Made by a program: the position numbers and the translations under genes
Assembly: GCA_951406725.2 (NCBI GenBank)
Contig: OX597843.1
Coordinates: 18,600,001 to 18,664,000, forward strand
Direction: 5' to 3'
Origin: Octopus vulgaris
Taxonomy: Eukaryota
Length of the DNA stretch: 64,000 nucleotides
The notes under the pieces: model-generated
Seen by the model: the letters and a program-made list of their open reading frames with translations, nothing else
The model's database searches: none
What the model was told of the DNA's origin: nothing
In this document: one piece after another, positions 24,900-38,940 of the stretch
Position numbering within the stretch: position 1 is the stretch's first letter
Layout: every line of letters begins with the position of its first letter

Positions 24900-27800
24900 T
24901 ACAATTAAATATATATTATAATGAAAGTACCAGGAGTGTAACTGTACAATTGCGAAGAGGTGAACTACACTTCAGAAGAAGGGATTATATAAGGCGTTAC
25001 AATTTTTCCACAAGCAATGAAATAGCTGCACAGTGAAAACAGAGACATTCTTGTCTATCCATGGAATTCACCTGCGGAGTGAATCGCGTAGACATTGTGC
25101 CATCTAGTCCCAATGAGTTATCCACTTCTATTCCCTCATGGAAAGTCCGGATGGCACTGTGAAATTCTACATGTGGCGAAACGCATAACATCCGCTCGCA
25201 GACGACTCATGATGTAATTTAGGGTTGCTAATTACAGTACCTTGGGGACCATCAGGCCCAGTTGCTCGTAGAGCAGAACAGTGGACTTATGGACTACCTG
25301 CAGAGAGGAGCTGATGAGAATGTTGAGCCAAGAGCTGTCCTCGGAGTATGCATTAATATTATCAGGATGTAATGCCGATTGCATCAGAGTATGGTAAACA
25401 AGACTTAATTGTCACATATACATCCAACCCTAAGTGCCATGAAATAGAAAATAATCTGCAGCGAAATGGGACACCAGGAAACTGGCCAGATTTGGTTGCA
25501 AGATTGTACAAGTTGCATCTCACTGAACGTCTGAAGGATATAAAGGACAGACACGTATTTGATGTATCAATAGCTCATGCCCATGTCGCCGAGTTTCAAA
25601 AGAGAAGGCTTCCACACTGCCATATGCTGGTAGACAAAGTGAAGATCAGAGATGATTTAGTTAAGAAATTCATGATACATGGCCTTTGTATGTAGAATGG
25701 CTCTTGCCCCAAAATGTTTCCCAAGAACTACAGAAATGAGATACTACTAAATAATAATGGATATCCATAGAACAGGAGGCGCAATAATGGGATGGCAGCA
25801 CAAGTTGGACTCCACTGTGTTGAAAACAGGTATGTCGTACCATACAATGCTTACCTATTAAAGCAATTCCGAGCTCATATTAATATAGAAGTTGGCTCCT
25901 CTGTAACAAGTGTCAAGTGCATCTACAAATAAATCTACAAATATCATAATAGCGATTCAATTGAAGTAAGGAATGATGCAATGGCAGAAAGCAAACAAAT
26001 TCAGCAAAACCATGGCGAAATCAGAAATTATTTTGTGTGTTGATACGTTTCACCTCCTGAAGCCATGTGGAGAATATCTCAGTACAAGCTGCATGACTCC
26101 TCTCACACTGTTTACAGACTAGCAGTTCAATTTGAAGACCGGGAGAGACTGTGCTTTCACAGAGGTAATACTCAGTAACCTACTCAAGAACAGAGATCGA
26201 TCGTGACAATACATTCAAACTGAATGAGCACGATGAAAATTAACGGAAATACTTGTGCCCTGACATTCCTTTACGTTATGTATTTGATGTACGTACAAAA
26301 TCATGAACACCCAGGAGAAGAAACAATAACATCGGCAGCAGATTGAACACAGTGAGTCCTAAGGACGTAGAAACATTTCATTTACGATTGCTATTTTGTA
26401 TGTTCCAGGTACTAAGCCCTTTGAAGAAGTGAACACTGTAGGAGGTGAAATCTATGCAACATTTAAAGATGCGTACATATGACTTGGTCTTCTCCAAAAT
26501 TATGTGATGTTGGAACATGCCATACTAAAGGTGCTGCACATCGGATGGCATTTCAGCCGCGTATCACGTTCTTTGTCCTTTGCACCTATTCAAAACCTTC
26601 TAATGTCCTTCGACTGAGGAACACTCACAAGAATACCATAATGGTAGATTATGTTCAGCGATGTTTGAATGCATACTCTACACTCTGTAAATTCTATGCA
26701 AATTGAAAATGGCATTAGCTGCCTTAATATTGGCTTGTCTGAACCAGTTCGAGTGTAACGGGTAGGGCATAAACATGACATGAACCACCCCGGCATTGCA
26801 ACCGTTACCGATGAACAGAGAGTGATCGCTGATGCAGTCATTGAAGACAGTTGATAATAAAAGGTGAGGTGAGGTGCTGGAATGTTCCTGCTTCTATGCA
26901 GCGGTTCCTGGAGGTTGGGAAAAGAATTACATATTTCATACGCTGATCTCACATCTACGAAGAAGAAACTATCAAGTGGTGCGTGCAGAGGCATAGCTTC
27001 AACATTGATGTCTGGTGGAAGGACGGTGCACAGTTTGCTCAAATTGCAGTGTACCACCCACCTCTGACTAGAAATTATTTGAGAAATTTGTATTTGATCA
27101 TTATAGATGAGGCTTCCGCGATCCCTCTGTATTCTTTTCATGCTAATGACAAAGCTCTGAAAGAAATCACTGGGAACAATGAAGGTTTCGGTTGAAAAGT
27201 TGTGCTCATTGGTAGAGACTTCAGGCAAGTTCTGCCAATATTGTCAAGAGGAACTCGTGAGGCAGTAATTCAGATCTCCATTAAGAACTCTCCTCTCTGG
27301 TTACACTTCAGACATTTATATGTTGAGCCAAAATAGGTCAACGACAGATCGAAGACAATTCGCAACATGGCCACAACACATTGACTATGGCACCACAACG
27401 CTTATGCAAGATCCAAGTGAGTCAATGATGATGTAAAAATGCTACATGATTCATGCTTTAATAGGTCGCTTATAAATGATGCTTTTTGGCAATGCCCCTC
27501 AAAAACAAAGAACAAGTAGAGTGATCCTCTCACCAAAAAGGTCAGACTGCTTAAAGATAAACGAAGGGGTTATGGATAAACTCCCAGGTGACCAGTGCTT
27601 TTATTACAGCATGGATAAGGTCTTCACAGATGACCTGCTGAAGCTGAGCGATATCCACTGGAATTTCTGATTTCAGGGACACCATCTGGAATGCCACCCC
27701 CTAGATTGCATTTGAAACCTGACTCCATAAAAATGCTCCTGGGGAATATTTCAATTCAAAATGGTCTCTATAAAGGAACAAGACTGGAAGTGGAGGCCCT

Positions 27801-28130
27801 CCATCAAATCTCGATTAAAGCCTCAATAATAAGTGGCACATTGATCGGGAGACGTATTCTCATTCACGGGATAAGGCTGGCACTGAGACACCTAATCCCG
27901 TTCGCTTGACAATTGCAATGACTATCAATAAATCACATGGACAGACATTTGATAAATTGGAGCTATTCTTGCCTGAACCTGCGTATTAATGGTCAGCTAT
28001 ATGTTGTTTCTCAAGGGCTCACAAACATTATCTGATATTAAAGTTAAAGTTATCAACACTGACAAGCAAGGGAAAAGAAGAGGGAGTAGTTACGCGAACA
28101 ACAGAATCTGTAACGAAGTATTGGATTGAA
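24900..28130 (+). pseudogene. Decayed Helitron RepHel (HUH Rep + PIF1-like SF1 helicase)
   Basis: YGKQDLIVTYTSNP (motif 1), EFQKRRLPHCH (HUH), KCIYK*IYK (motif 3), GGRTVHS, LIIIDEAS, DFRQVLP, MPPPRLHLK..GLYKGTRL, AMTINKSHGQT, GQLYV; many stops and frameshifts. Confidence 0.93.
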
Positions 28131-28904
28131 AGGTATACGCAAATTGAAATATGTATAAGCTCTGATGCACCGCCTTTCTTATGAACTACCAACGATGTGG
28201 CTTTCAGACGATGCCATGTTGCATTAAATTTTCAACCCTATGTTTTACCTATAAAATCTATTCTTACTATAATATTTCTGTTTTATTGATATGAATTTGT
28301 GGCCATGTAAATTTTAAAATGTAATTTTTTTCTCTCCATGAACTAAATGGAAAAAACTATTCAATATTTATTTTATGATTGATGTGTATTAAGTCTATAA
28401 AATCGTACATGAAGTTTATAAAGTACATATATAAAGTGCATAAAGTAATCGTCGTATTTCAGTTTCCTTCAATTTTCATTGGATAACAGATGAGAAACAT
28501 TCTTTTCATACACACACAACACAGTCTACGCTTTCAGATATTTTGGATAAATTTTTCAGGAGTCACCGAAAAGTTTTATAATTAATTCCGTGGAATATTC
28601 ATGGATCCGCTACTGAAGTAATAAATGTTGAGTATTAAGAATCAGATGAAGTGATGAAAGAGAAGGGTGAGACAATGATGACAATCAATATTATGATCGT
28701 GATGATGATGACGAAGATGATGATGATGATGATGACAGCGATAATGTCGATCGTAAATACGATGTTGAGGCTGTTATGATGATGAGGATGAATATGACGA
28801 GAAAGCGGATGAGAATGTTGATATTGATATTATCACTGAATATTCTAACAGTTCAGATGAAAAAGAAGAGGAGGAGGACGATGGGAGAAGGATGAAATGA
28901 AGAA

Positions 28905-29400
28905 TTCCTGCAGATTACTCAATAGTTCAACGAAGGTATTTTCTTTTTCGTTGATCTTTAGCTTCATGTTAACATCCACTGGGCAGCTGATTTCCACAAG
29001 TGTACACAGTTTCTCTCCTCAATCCCAAATCACCGTGTCAGGTCTATTATGTTTACATTACATTGGGATTTACCCTGGGACATTCCGGAAGCACTCCATT
29101 TTATTGGTAGCGGTTTTAGCTTGTACCATATTGTGGGATTTTATTTCTTTATCTTTGGAATTAATCATCCGACGGATCTCATTATACAGTGTCCTAGCTA
29201 CATCATGTCACATCGGTAGATAAAATCATGATGACATTTTCGGACAACTGCTTGTAATATGGGTGATATATTCGGTGTTACCGCCACGTAATCTGCATCG
29301 GCTGTCACGCTTTACTGTTTTGCCTGCATCTTTGTCCCTTTTGTGCATCAGGTATTTGGTTGATATTTCCTGTTCCTGGATTGCAAAGTAGGAGATAGTA
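28905..29400 (-). mobile_element. R4/Dong-type C-terminal fragment (zinc finger + restriction-like endonuclease)
   Basis: Minus strand reads FAIQEQEISTKY, CRLR...HITSSCP, M*HDVA and HNRPDTVIWD..LVEISCPVD..KINEK. Confidence 0.8.
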
Positions 29401-29411
29401 ATCCGGTTGTA

Positions 29412-29656
29412 TCTAATATATCAAATCCGTTCTGTCTGTCTGTTTGTGCGCTTATAACTCGAGTATTTTTCATCCAATCGCACTGTAATTTTACACATGG
29501 ACACATGAGAGAGCAGGGCGTTCTGTAATCTAAAAAGATTTTCAAAATTGCTTGTTTCAAAATGAGAATCGCTATTTTTGTAATCTTTTCGCCCTGTTTT
29601 TCCGCCATTAAAAGCAACGTGTTTGTTCAGACAGCCGGCACATGCCATTTAGCTAG
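29412..29656 (+). mobile_element. Short non-autonomous Helitron candidate
   Basis: A|TCTAATATATC 5' end, (TCTG)n tract, GGCA-CA-TGCC hairpin and CTAG at 29653-29656, followed by C rather than the canonical T. Confidence 0.45.
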
Positions 29657-30326
29657 CAACAAGTGGCGTACATGATGACAGTCAGCCAAAACCATCGCTT
29701 TTCTGTCTCTCTTCTTTCTTCTCTCTGTCTAGCTTATGCTGTCTGATTCCACTTGAAGTTGTATATATATTGTGTTAAAATTCGTTTTCAATCATTTATC
29801 CTTATGGAGAAGAAACAGACAAAAGTAACCACCACATACAATAAACAAACATCTCCACTACTTTACACCGTCCAAGTTAACCCTCTTCACTTTTGCACCT
29901 GACATGAAAAACAACGCAAAAAAGAGAAAAGATCAATTGCTATTAAAACAGGTAACATTTAGGGGTTAATAACCTTAACCTTTAGTTACAGTTTCTCATT
30001 CAAACTACATAATAAGTAGCATTTTCGGATTAAGACAGTAGGGTGTTTTGAGGGAGATTTGGCTGTTATTTCCCCTAGCTACATTGGTCTGCTTCATTGG
30101 CTCATACATAAATATATACATACATATATACATAAAATCGAAATAAAATATTTAAAGCAACAGTCGTCAAATTGAAAAGCCAAGGTCCATGCAGTGTCAT
30201 GGGCCCAAAAAAATTCCAGCTTTTTGCCTAATGCGAGCCCAGAGCAATCTTTTATCTCTTACACCATTTCAGTATTACGTCTGTATTGTAATGCGAGATA
30301 ATACTTTCAGTTTGAAAGAAGCCTGT

Positions 30327-30365
<39 letters not shown>

Positions 30366-30958
30366 GTACGAGTAAAAAAATATACAAACTGATACAAGAA
30401 CGTGAAACATTTAGAAGACGACACAAAAAACACGGAAGCCCTCAATCTTCAGTCAAGAACCGGATCATCTTCGCAATTTCGGCTGATTAGTCTTGAGATT
30501 GCTCCGACCTGGGCAGCCCCAAGGGAAATCTAAGCCAAGCGCATTAGATTCCTTGGAAGAAAACCTCGAATGTATACAACACAAGGACGGAAAACGGACG
30601 ATGTTACACGAATAAAAATACAAAAATACGTAAAAACAATAATGATAAAATAACAACAAAACGAGGACGACAGGACGAGTTAAGTTTTGAGCTGGCTATG
30701 GAAGAGTGCCTTCAGGCCACAGAGAAGCAAACAAGTGTGTCTTGCCACAATGACTGCTGGATGCGAAAAGGCAGTGGTCGGTGGCTGGTCACGTGAGGAC
30801 AAAAGAGAGGAAAAAGGGACAGATGAAGAGAGAAAGAAGGAGAACAAGGAACAAGGGAGGAGAAGGAAGAGAGGGAAAGAGGCAGATCAAGAGGAGTGTA
30901 AGGTGTGACATGCAGAGAAATGTAGGAGAGGGGTGACAGATGAAGAGAGAAATATGTA

Positions 30959-31036
<78 letters not shown>

Positions 31037-31041
<5 letters not shown>

Positions 31042-31460
31042 AAGCAAGTCAAAATAGAAAATGCTAAAATAATTCTATAAAGAACATTTCAGTACCGGTT
31101 TCGGTCATTTTGAGACCTTTTCAACTGTAACGATTAAATAATTAAATTTAGAAAAATTAGAAGAAAAGTTTTTTTAAAGGAATATTTGTATAGTGTTCAG
31201 ATATAAGTGGCATTCTGCCTTTCTCTGACTCCCTTGTTTGCACTTGTGTGTTCGAGGTCGTTGTGAATTCTTGGTAGGGTAGAAGAAGAAGAAGGCTGAT
31301 GTGGAGAGAGGTTGGAAAAATTTGGGAGTGCCTTGATTGTTGTATTTTGAATGGTCAGTGACGGCTAGCAGTTGCAGTTCAATTCAGGAGAATATTTCTA
31401 TTGAGAGGTTTGTTTATGGAATTTGCGTAGGTGTTTTACTAAAAAGCATTAGTGATAAAG
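31037..31460 (-). mobile_element. PLE-like 3' end abutting (TA)n
   Basis: Carries a minimal HHR about 50 nt from a long (TA)n tract. Confidence 0.5.
31085..31132 (-). ncRNA. Minimal type I hammerhead with U3-A8 core
   Basis: Minus strand: CGTTACAG TTGAAAA GGTC tcaaaat GACC GAAAC CG GTA^CTGAAATG; 7 of 8 bp in stem I, perfect stem II, palindromic ACCGGT. Confidence 0.8.
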
Positions 31461-33032
31461 TTAAGAGGTAGAAGGTGGAGCAGAAGAAGAAGAAGAGAAG
31501 AAGATGACGATGTTGATGATGATGATGATGATGATGAAGAAGAATGCGTGAAATGAAATGACTTGATCTAAGTAATAACGTCATTCATTTCAGGAATTGA
31601 TCCAGGGATATTATGATCATCAGCTGAACTTCCAAAACAAGTATGCCATATAACTTCATACATGCTCCACCACCAAATCTTCTTGATGTACTCCGAGCAG
31701 AAATTGAAATCAAGCTCTCATATGCAACACCAAGCTATAGAAGGGTACCTCTCTATCAAATAATTTTGCTGAATTCAAATGTGGAATCCATTTTTTAGCA
31801 TCACATCTAGATTTCAAGATACCCAAACCCTCAATTTTCACTATTTTCCTAATATTTCAGGGAAATATATTGTGAAAGGTAGTACGAATGTCTATTATGG
31901 TTTATCGATTATTTTATTAAAGGTCTGGTGTAAACATCGGGTAATGAAATAATGGCCACAGAGAGCATTAGTCCCAGGGTATTTTAATGTGAATGAACAG
32001 ACTTTAGTCCAGCCGGAGAAAATCATCCAACATCCACTTCTTATCAAGGTATCAAGGCAGATTGCAATTAAATACGATGCTGGGCTGTTGAGGTTCAGCA
32101 CTAAAGAAAACCATTCAAACACATATTCATGAAAAAATTGGCATGAACAAAAATGTAAACTGTCTGTAGAAATTTAGAGATAAGATGCAAGCATTTCAGT
32201 AGAATTTCAAAAGATCCTAGTTTTGAAGACAATGCAATTTCTATCTCGCAGACAGGATATCTCTTCTCTTTGATTTAACACTGTCACTGTCATGCTACAG
32301 ATTCTTGTAGGAGTTGGCTGAGCTCTTGACCCCACCAAGCAGGTACTACCGACTCACTCGTCTATTCCTTTGCTCCTCGATCTTAAACCTCAATTCGTTT
32401 TCAGTACTAACCTCTGTGCTAAACACTTCAAACCCTTCATCATTCCTGTAAATGTTGGCCTGTAGCACCTTAAATGGAACTTTCATGGTATCTATCTCAG
32501 ATTTCATTCAATTCGCGCTTAAATTATGAAAGATGAAAATATCTAACTTATTAAATAGAACATTGACTTTGCTATTCAACATCTTAATATATATAAGGTT
32601 TAAGGAATAACAGTAATAAACTTTGTTTTTCGCTTTACATTAGGATTTCTCAAATGGTCAACACGTTCCAAATTTGTTGACAAATGGGACTTATCGAATG
32701 AATCGATCCACTTTAGTATTTGAATATTTGATTAAAACTTGAAGTGATTAATGCTGTGATGCAAGCCATTTAATTGGAAATAATCGCCTAGAACGTAAAT
32801 TAGTTCTTATGATTTTCATGAGCATCTAATAATAATTCTGCTTATTTCTTTGTCAGTAAGAATAAGCAGAATTCTTATTAGATAATAATAGCACATCTGT
32901 AACACTTTTACAAGATGAATTGAAGGGAAATGCGAAGAGCGAGAGAAAAGATGGAGCAGAGGGAAAAAGCGGGTAAGGGGAAGAGCGAGAGAAAAACAGG
33001 CAGAGAGAAAAGGAGGGAGAGAAAAAAAGGGT

Positions 33033-33400
33033 GAATCAGTATCTCAAAAAAGTGAGGATGAATATATTTCTATACGTTCTTTTCTTGAAGAGAGTATAAG
33101 TCTGCATACATATATATTTCATAATATTGATTGTAACTGTTGTAATAATGACGGTGAGATGGAAAAATGATGATGATTATTATCGAAAACGATGACAAAC
33201 GCTACCGATTAATTGGTGATGACGACGTTGATTATTATGAGGTTCATAACGAAGGTGATGATGATTCTGCATGCTAGAAATAGCAGAGTAAATGAGGGAA
33301 GGAAATAGTTATGATGACAAGATAAATTATAACGATTAGTGAATACGAAAATATGATTAGCAGAAAGACTATGAATATGATTGCGCTGACGATTATACTG

Positions 33401-33432
<32 letters not shown>

Positions 33433-34292
33433 GAGGATGATGATGATGAAAGATGTGATGAAAAATTAGAAACTGAGAAGAATAACGAAGAAAGTGAAGG
33501 AAGATAAATCATAGAACGTATATAAATAGAAAAAAAATGAAGAAGAAGAAGGGGAAGAAGAAAAAGAAGAAGAAGTACAAGAAAAAGAAGAAGTACAAGA
33601 AGAAGAAGAAGTACAAGAAGAAGAAGAAGTACAAGAAGAAGAAGAAGTACAAGAAGAAGAAGTACAAGAAGAAGAAGAAGTACAAGAAGAAGAAGTAGAA
33701 GAAGAGGCGAACATGATTCATGAAGAGAGGAGAAAACAGTTGAAAAAATTAAAAGCAGAAGAACCAGAATATTATGAACAAGATGAATGTAGAGAAAAAG
33801 TTGTGAAGAAGACGATAAATGCAGGAAAAGTACATATATTAAGAGAAGAAAAATAACGTGGAATATCAGAATAGGGAAACAAGTGGGAATAAAAGAATAT
33901 AAATACAAATACAGTAGTCACACATCAAACAAACACAAATACACAGAGATATATATATGTGTACATACATATATCCACCTATATATACCTTATCAAATCC
34001 TGATGTATGAACGCAAACACTCACTTCAAGGCCACACATATATTCCCACTTTCTCACACACAGGCAAACACAAATTGCAAGACAATATGAATTGTAGAAG
34101 AATGAGAGTAAATAAAGAAGATAAGAGAGACATTTAGTTTGTGGAAATGACATTGGATGACATATCGTGATCTTATTATGAAGAAGATGACTAACATAAG
34201 AGAAAGTTGATGATGAAGAATAGGCCGAAAATGGAAACAACGATGAAGCAGCAGCAGCAGTAACAGCAGCGGTAGTAGTAGTAGTAGTTGTT

Positions 34293-34340
<48 letters not shown>

Positions 34341-35206
34341 ATAGTAGTAGAAGAAGAAGAACACAAAGAAAAAGATGATGATGATGATGATCATGATCAT
34401 GATCATGATGATCATGATGATGATGATAACGATTATGAGCAACAACAACAGCAACAACATTAAAACAACAATAAGAGAAGTGGCAGAAAATGTAGGAGCT
34501 GAAGAAAAGAATGATGTAAAAAATAAGGAGGAAACGAAGGAGTCCGTTATGAAGAAAACTTAAATATAATATTTCTGATCTTATAATAATTCTGCTTCTC
34601 ATTATGTTAATTAGTCGGTCGGTAACGCTTTCTCGTGATTAGAGAAAAAGAGGGAGAACGAAAAAGAGCGAAAGAGAAATGTCCATGACCTGAGGTAGAA
34701 GGAACGTGGCTGTAATGCTTTCACGTGATTAGTTGAATGGAATGAGAGACCAAGAGAAAGAAAAAGGAATGAGAAAACGAAAGGAAGTCGAAGAGTGTGA
34801 CAGAAAGAGAGGGAGAGGGAGAAAAGGGGAGAGAGAAAAGAGCGAGGGAGAAAAAGAGGGAGAGGACATGCGGTAGGGGGAAGGTAATATTTATTACTAG
34901 ATGAAAAAGTTAGTTGAAGGTAGTGATATTGAGGAGGGTTACGATTATAATTTTAGCAGAGCGGTGATGTTCTGATGGTGAGATTAAAGGAAGGCAGATA
35001 GGTAGATAAAGAGATTGATAGATAGATAAACTGAGAAAGTGAGAGGAAGGGGGAGTGAGAGACGGTAGTAGTGGCGATGATGAGTGCATAATGCAAAGTC
35101 ATTTTTGAATTGAATTAAGTGTTTTATATCCCCTATCACTTAGCGCATGCTCATAAATGCCATTCTGTTAAATATTCACACTTATTTTCAGTGTCATATG
35201 TATGGC

Positions 35207-35240
<34 letters not shown>
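33033..35240 (+). repeat. Module B, copy 3 (long form, microsatellite-expanded)
   Basis: Collinear with 53645-55975; includes a GAAGTACAA(GAA)n minisatellite at about 33570-33700. Confidence 0.88.
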
Positions 35241-35244
<4 letters not shown>

Positions 35245-35248
<4 letters not shown>

Positions 35249-36260
35249 CAGTTAAGAAATATACACATTATAATTAATATATATATATTTCAATTAAAAT
35301 CAAGATGGACACACAGTAAATTCCATCTCTACAAGATCACGGTTGAGGTTGTAACTTCTTCTCATACATTCTGCCGTTGGTTGTGCTTCTGCTACGGCGA
35401 GATAGAAATTCGCAGTTTACGGTTATTTGATCTTTGTTCCAAAGCTGTGCTTATGAATTAAGCAAATTACAAAACTTGACTGAACAATGGATAGTTAAAG
35501 AAGATTAGAAGCTACTCGCGAGAGGGCTAGGCACTACAGGCAGCGGATAAGAGAAGAACAGCGGTAAGAAACCAGAGAAAGGGACAAATGGTGCCAACAG
35601 GTTTGACAATCTGCAATAGATGAAGAGCAACGCAAGGCACAATTGCAGGGAGAGAGAATGCAAGACCAAGGTAGAAGACAGGATGAGGAAGAACAAACAC
35701 AGTACAAGGAACAACAAAGATTGATATTTCTGCAGAGAATGGAAAACGTGAATGATATGCAGCGAGCACAGTATCAGGACCAACAGAAAAGCGTAATGTA
35801 ACAGAGAAGGGAGAATATGGATGATTTGGAAAGGGCTGCTTGTCTTCAAGGTCAAACAGAGAGCCATCAAGATGGAGTTGCAAGTGTGAATGCTGAACAG
35901 GCGTTACGTTTGCGAGATGAACAGGTGCAACGAAAGCGTGAAGGAAGACATTGACTACCACTGAACAGACACAATAATCCTAAACGAACCTATCGTATTG
36001 GTGATATGTACTTATATTGCGAGTATTGTGGAGCACTGAACTTTAAATATGAAAACTTCATGTTCTGTCACAATAATAAAGTGAATTTTCCTCCACTGCA
36101 ACTAAACCCTCAGACATTGAAGCGTTTGTCTGAGAAAATTACCAAGAGTCTGCTTCATTTCGAAAAAAAACATCAGCAATTACAACTGCATATCTTCCTT
36201 TACGTCATTTGGTGTGAAACTCTCTGTGCCGCAAGGAAGAGGTCTACATTGTTTCCATAT
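35245..36260 (+). pseudogene. Helitron RepHel N-terminal fragment, copy 3
   Basis: CEYCGAL zinc finger, then ISNYNCISSFTSFG near 36172, matching the Helitron IRxYNxxFxFTSxG motif. Confidence 0.8.
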
Positions 36261-37152
36261 TGTTGTGGAAGGATTTCGACCACCTTCCAATTGACTAAAA
36301 GGGAACTGACACATTCCTATTAAATAGACAAATGTCGAGTATTCAGCAATTAATTGATAAGTAGTTCACTGTGTGCCAGTGACAGAGAGCGTTGGGTAAT
36401 CGATTCGTGTCATGTAAACATTTTCTTTCACACTGATTCCTTAAATCCTACGTTCCAAACCAGGGTATAAAAGTGGCGAAGAGTTCTTCGAAGTTTGCGT
36501 TGGACGTTTAAATTTGTTTGGGATGGATATGAAACCAAGGAAAAATCTTTTAAGATAGAAGGCTTATTGGTGTCTGTGGTGCAGTTGCAACAGCAACAAT
36601 AGTAACAACAACAAGAGCAACTACAACAGCAACAACAACAAAACCAAGAGTTACTGGAATCAATGTAAAAGACGTCTATAAATACTTCAGGTGCGAACTT
36701 GCCAGACGGCGTCACAATCTCTATTGAAGTATTCAGTTATAATCCAGAAGATGGGATTACTTTCTCAGCATATTTTCGAAGATACGAATAAATTTTCAAA
36801 GAAGAATTTAAAAATTGATCTGAGAGGAAAAATAGTACGACTACTTGATAGAAAGTTATCCCTTGCCGAATACAAAAAATATAGTAATTATATTCTGCCG
36901 AAGAAGCCAGGTGAGATTTGTTTCAATAAAAACAATTAAGACTTTATCACATGATTTAGAACTGGACAAAAATTATCTCTTCAGACAGAAGCAGAAGAAT
37001 GCCAGGGAAGACGAAAAAAATGAAGAAAGCGACGCACAAAACGAAATTGAAGGAAAAGATTGCTCTCATATTCCAGTGTCTCCATCGTAACGGATAAGAA
37101 ATAGGGAGAAAAATGTCAAGATCGAATCCATGTTGTGGGTGCAATGGTTTCA
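36261..37152 (+). mobile_element. Gypsy LTR retrotransposon fragment: 5' LTR, PBS and gag N-terminus
   Basis: TGTTG start, PBS-like TGGCGAAGAG at about 36473, poly-Q, FSYNPEDGITFSAYFRRYE and VRLLDRKLSLAEYKKYSNYILPKKP as in Mag-like gag. Confidence 0.8.
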
Positions 37153-38262
37153 ACCAAATTTAACCAAATTGCCCCGAGCTATATGTCACTGTACAAATAG
37201 AAAATGACGACTTCCAATTTCAGCACCTCTTGTAATTGTAGAGTTTAAAATAATTCATATCAATGAAGCAGCATCTCAAAAAAAGTGAGAATGAATATAT
37301 TTCTATACGTTCGTTTCTTTTCTTGAAGTGTATATAGATTTTTGAAACTAACTCTGCATAAATATGTATTTCCTAATAGACATTGATGGTGACGCATAGA
37401 GACACAAACAAATACAGAGACTTTCATGCACACTCCAACACGAATTTGGTAGCGGAATATACGTTAGAGATACAGAGAGAAAAACAAAGATGAGAAGACA
37501 TGAAATCCCAAGAAAAATTTCGTAAATAAAATAATATCAAAAAACTTAAGCAACTTACAAGAAGATTAAACTTGGAAGATTTTTAAAGGATCCTTGTTGG
37601 ATGGTTGTGATCTGATTCTTCCAAAAGAAAAAGTATTAAAAAGATTTCTGATAAAATATTAAATCTTGTATCTTTAAAATCATATTAAGAAGAAAAGGAT
37701 GATTAAGGAGAAAATGGCCGCGATGATCTTGATGATGATGATGAGGGGGGGGGGGGCATGTTGATAGTAAATGTTGTAACAAGGACGGCGAGGAGGATTC
37801 GGGGGATAATGATGATGATTATTATCGAGAACGTCGAGAATGGCTTCGATGAATTGGTGATGACGATGTTGATTATTGCGATGTTTATAACGAAGGTGAT
37901 GACGATCTTATAATAATTCTGCTTGTCATTATGTTAATTAGTCCGTCGGTAACGCTTTCTCGTGATTAGAGGAAAAGAGGGAAAGTGAAGTGTCGATGAT
38001 ATGAGGTAGAAGGAACGTAACTGTAACGCTTTCACGTGATAGGTGAATGCAAAGAGAGACCAAGAGAAAGAAAAAGGAGAGAGAAAAAGAGGAAGAGGGC
38101 ATGTTGTAGGGAGAACGTAATATTTATTACACGATAAAAAAGTTAGTTGAAGGTAGTGATATTGAGGAGGGCTAGGAATATAATTTAGGTAGAGGGGTGA
38201 CGTTCTGATGGTGAGATTAAAGAAAGGCAGAGAAAGAGAGAGAGAGAGAGATAGAGAGAGAG
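37153..38262 (+). repeat. Module B, copy 4 (short form)
   Basis: Collinear with 23555-24660. Confidence 0.88.
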
Positions 38263-38303
38263 ATTATGATGAGACAAACACAGGCACACAAACATATACA
38301 CAC

Positions 38304-38351
<48 letters not shown>

Positions 38352-38353
38352 TT

Positions 38354-38940
38354 CAAGCCACTTTGAATTAAATAGATACCTTTACCATCTCCCCCACCAA
38401 ACATTTACCTATATCTCAAATTTCATTAAAATCGGATCAAAAATATGAAATTTACAGATAAAAATAAAGCCCCTACGGGTATTTGCACGCTAAACACCTA
38501 TTGATTGTAGAAAACCACTGCTCAGGCGCAATTAGGGATTTTTTTCAACGTCATATACTGAGATCAACTTACTGCCCGTCAGCCTCGCTCACTCATCGAT
38601 TTTCATCAAAATCGGACAAAAAATGCAAAAGCTGCAGAAAAATAACTTCGATATAGGAAAATGCGAGGATACTGAACAAACTATTTAAAATGTCACCATT
38701 GTTCTTAAATTACGTTTCACTTCGTTTGAAAAGAAATAAATAGTGGATTATAATGGTGGTCGCTGAATTCCCAATTTTTTCATTTAAAACTTTTTTAAAT
38801 GCGTCGCTCAAAGGAATTGGCCAAAATCGGTACCGATCGGGATTGGGGATGTGAAAAAAAGATCAACACACATTAAAACAATTTTTAAAGAGCTTCCTGC
38901 CATCATCTGCAACGTTGAGGTGAAAAAAAAATGGAAAATC
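38354..38940 (+). repeat. Dispersed repeat E, unclassified non-autonomous element
   Basis: Collinear with 59161-59745; recurrent TTTCAT(C/T)AAAAT(C/T)GG motifs. Confidence 0.85.

Noticed and set aside
33393-34602. Long low-complexity ORFs (poly-L, -F, -S, -M, -I)
   Set aside because: Translations of trinucleotide microsatellites; the same applies to 4193-4432, 41129-41636 and 54388-55682.
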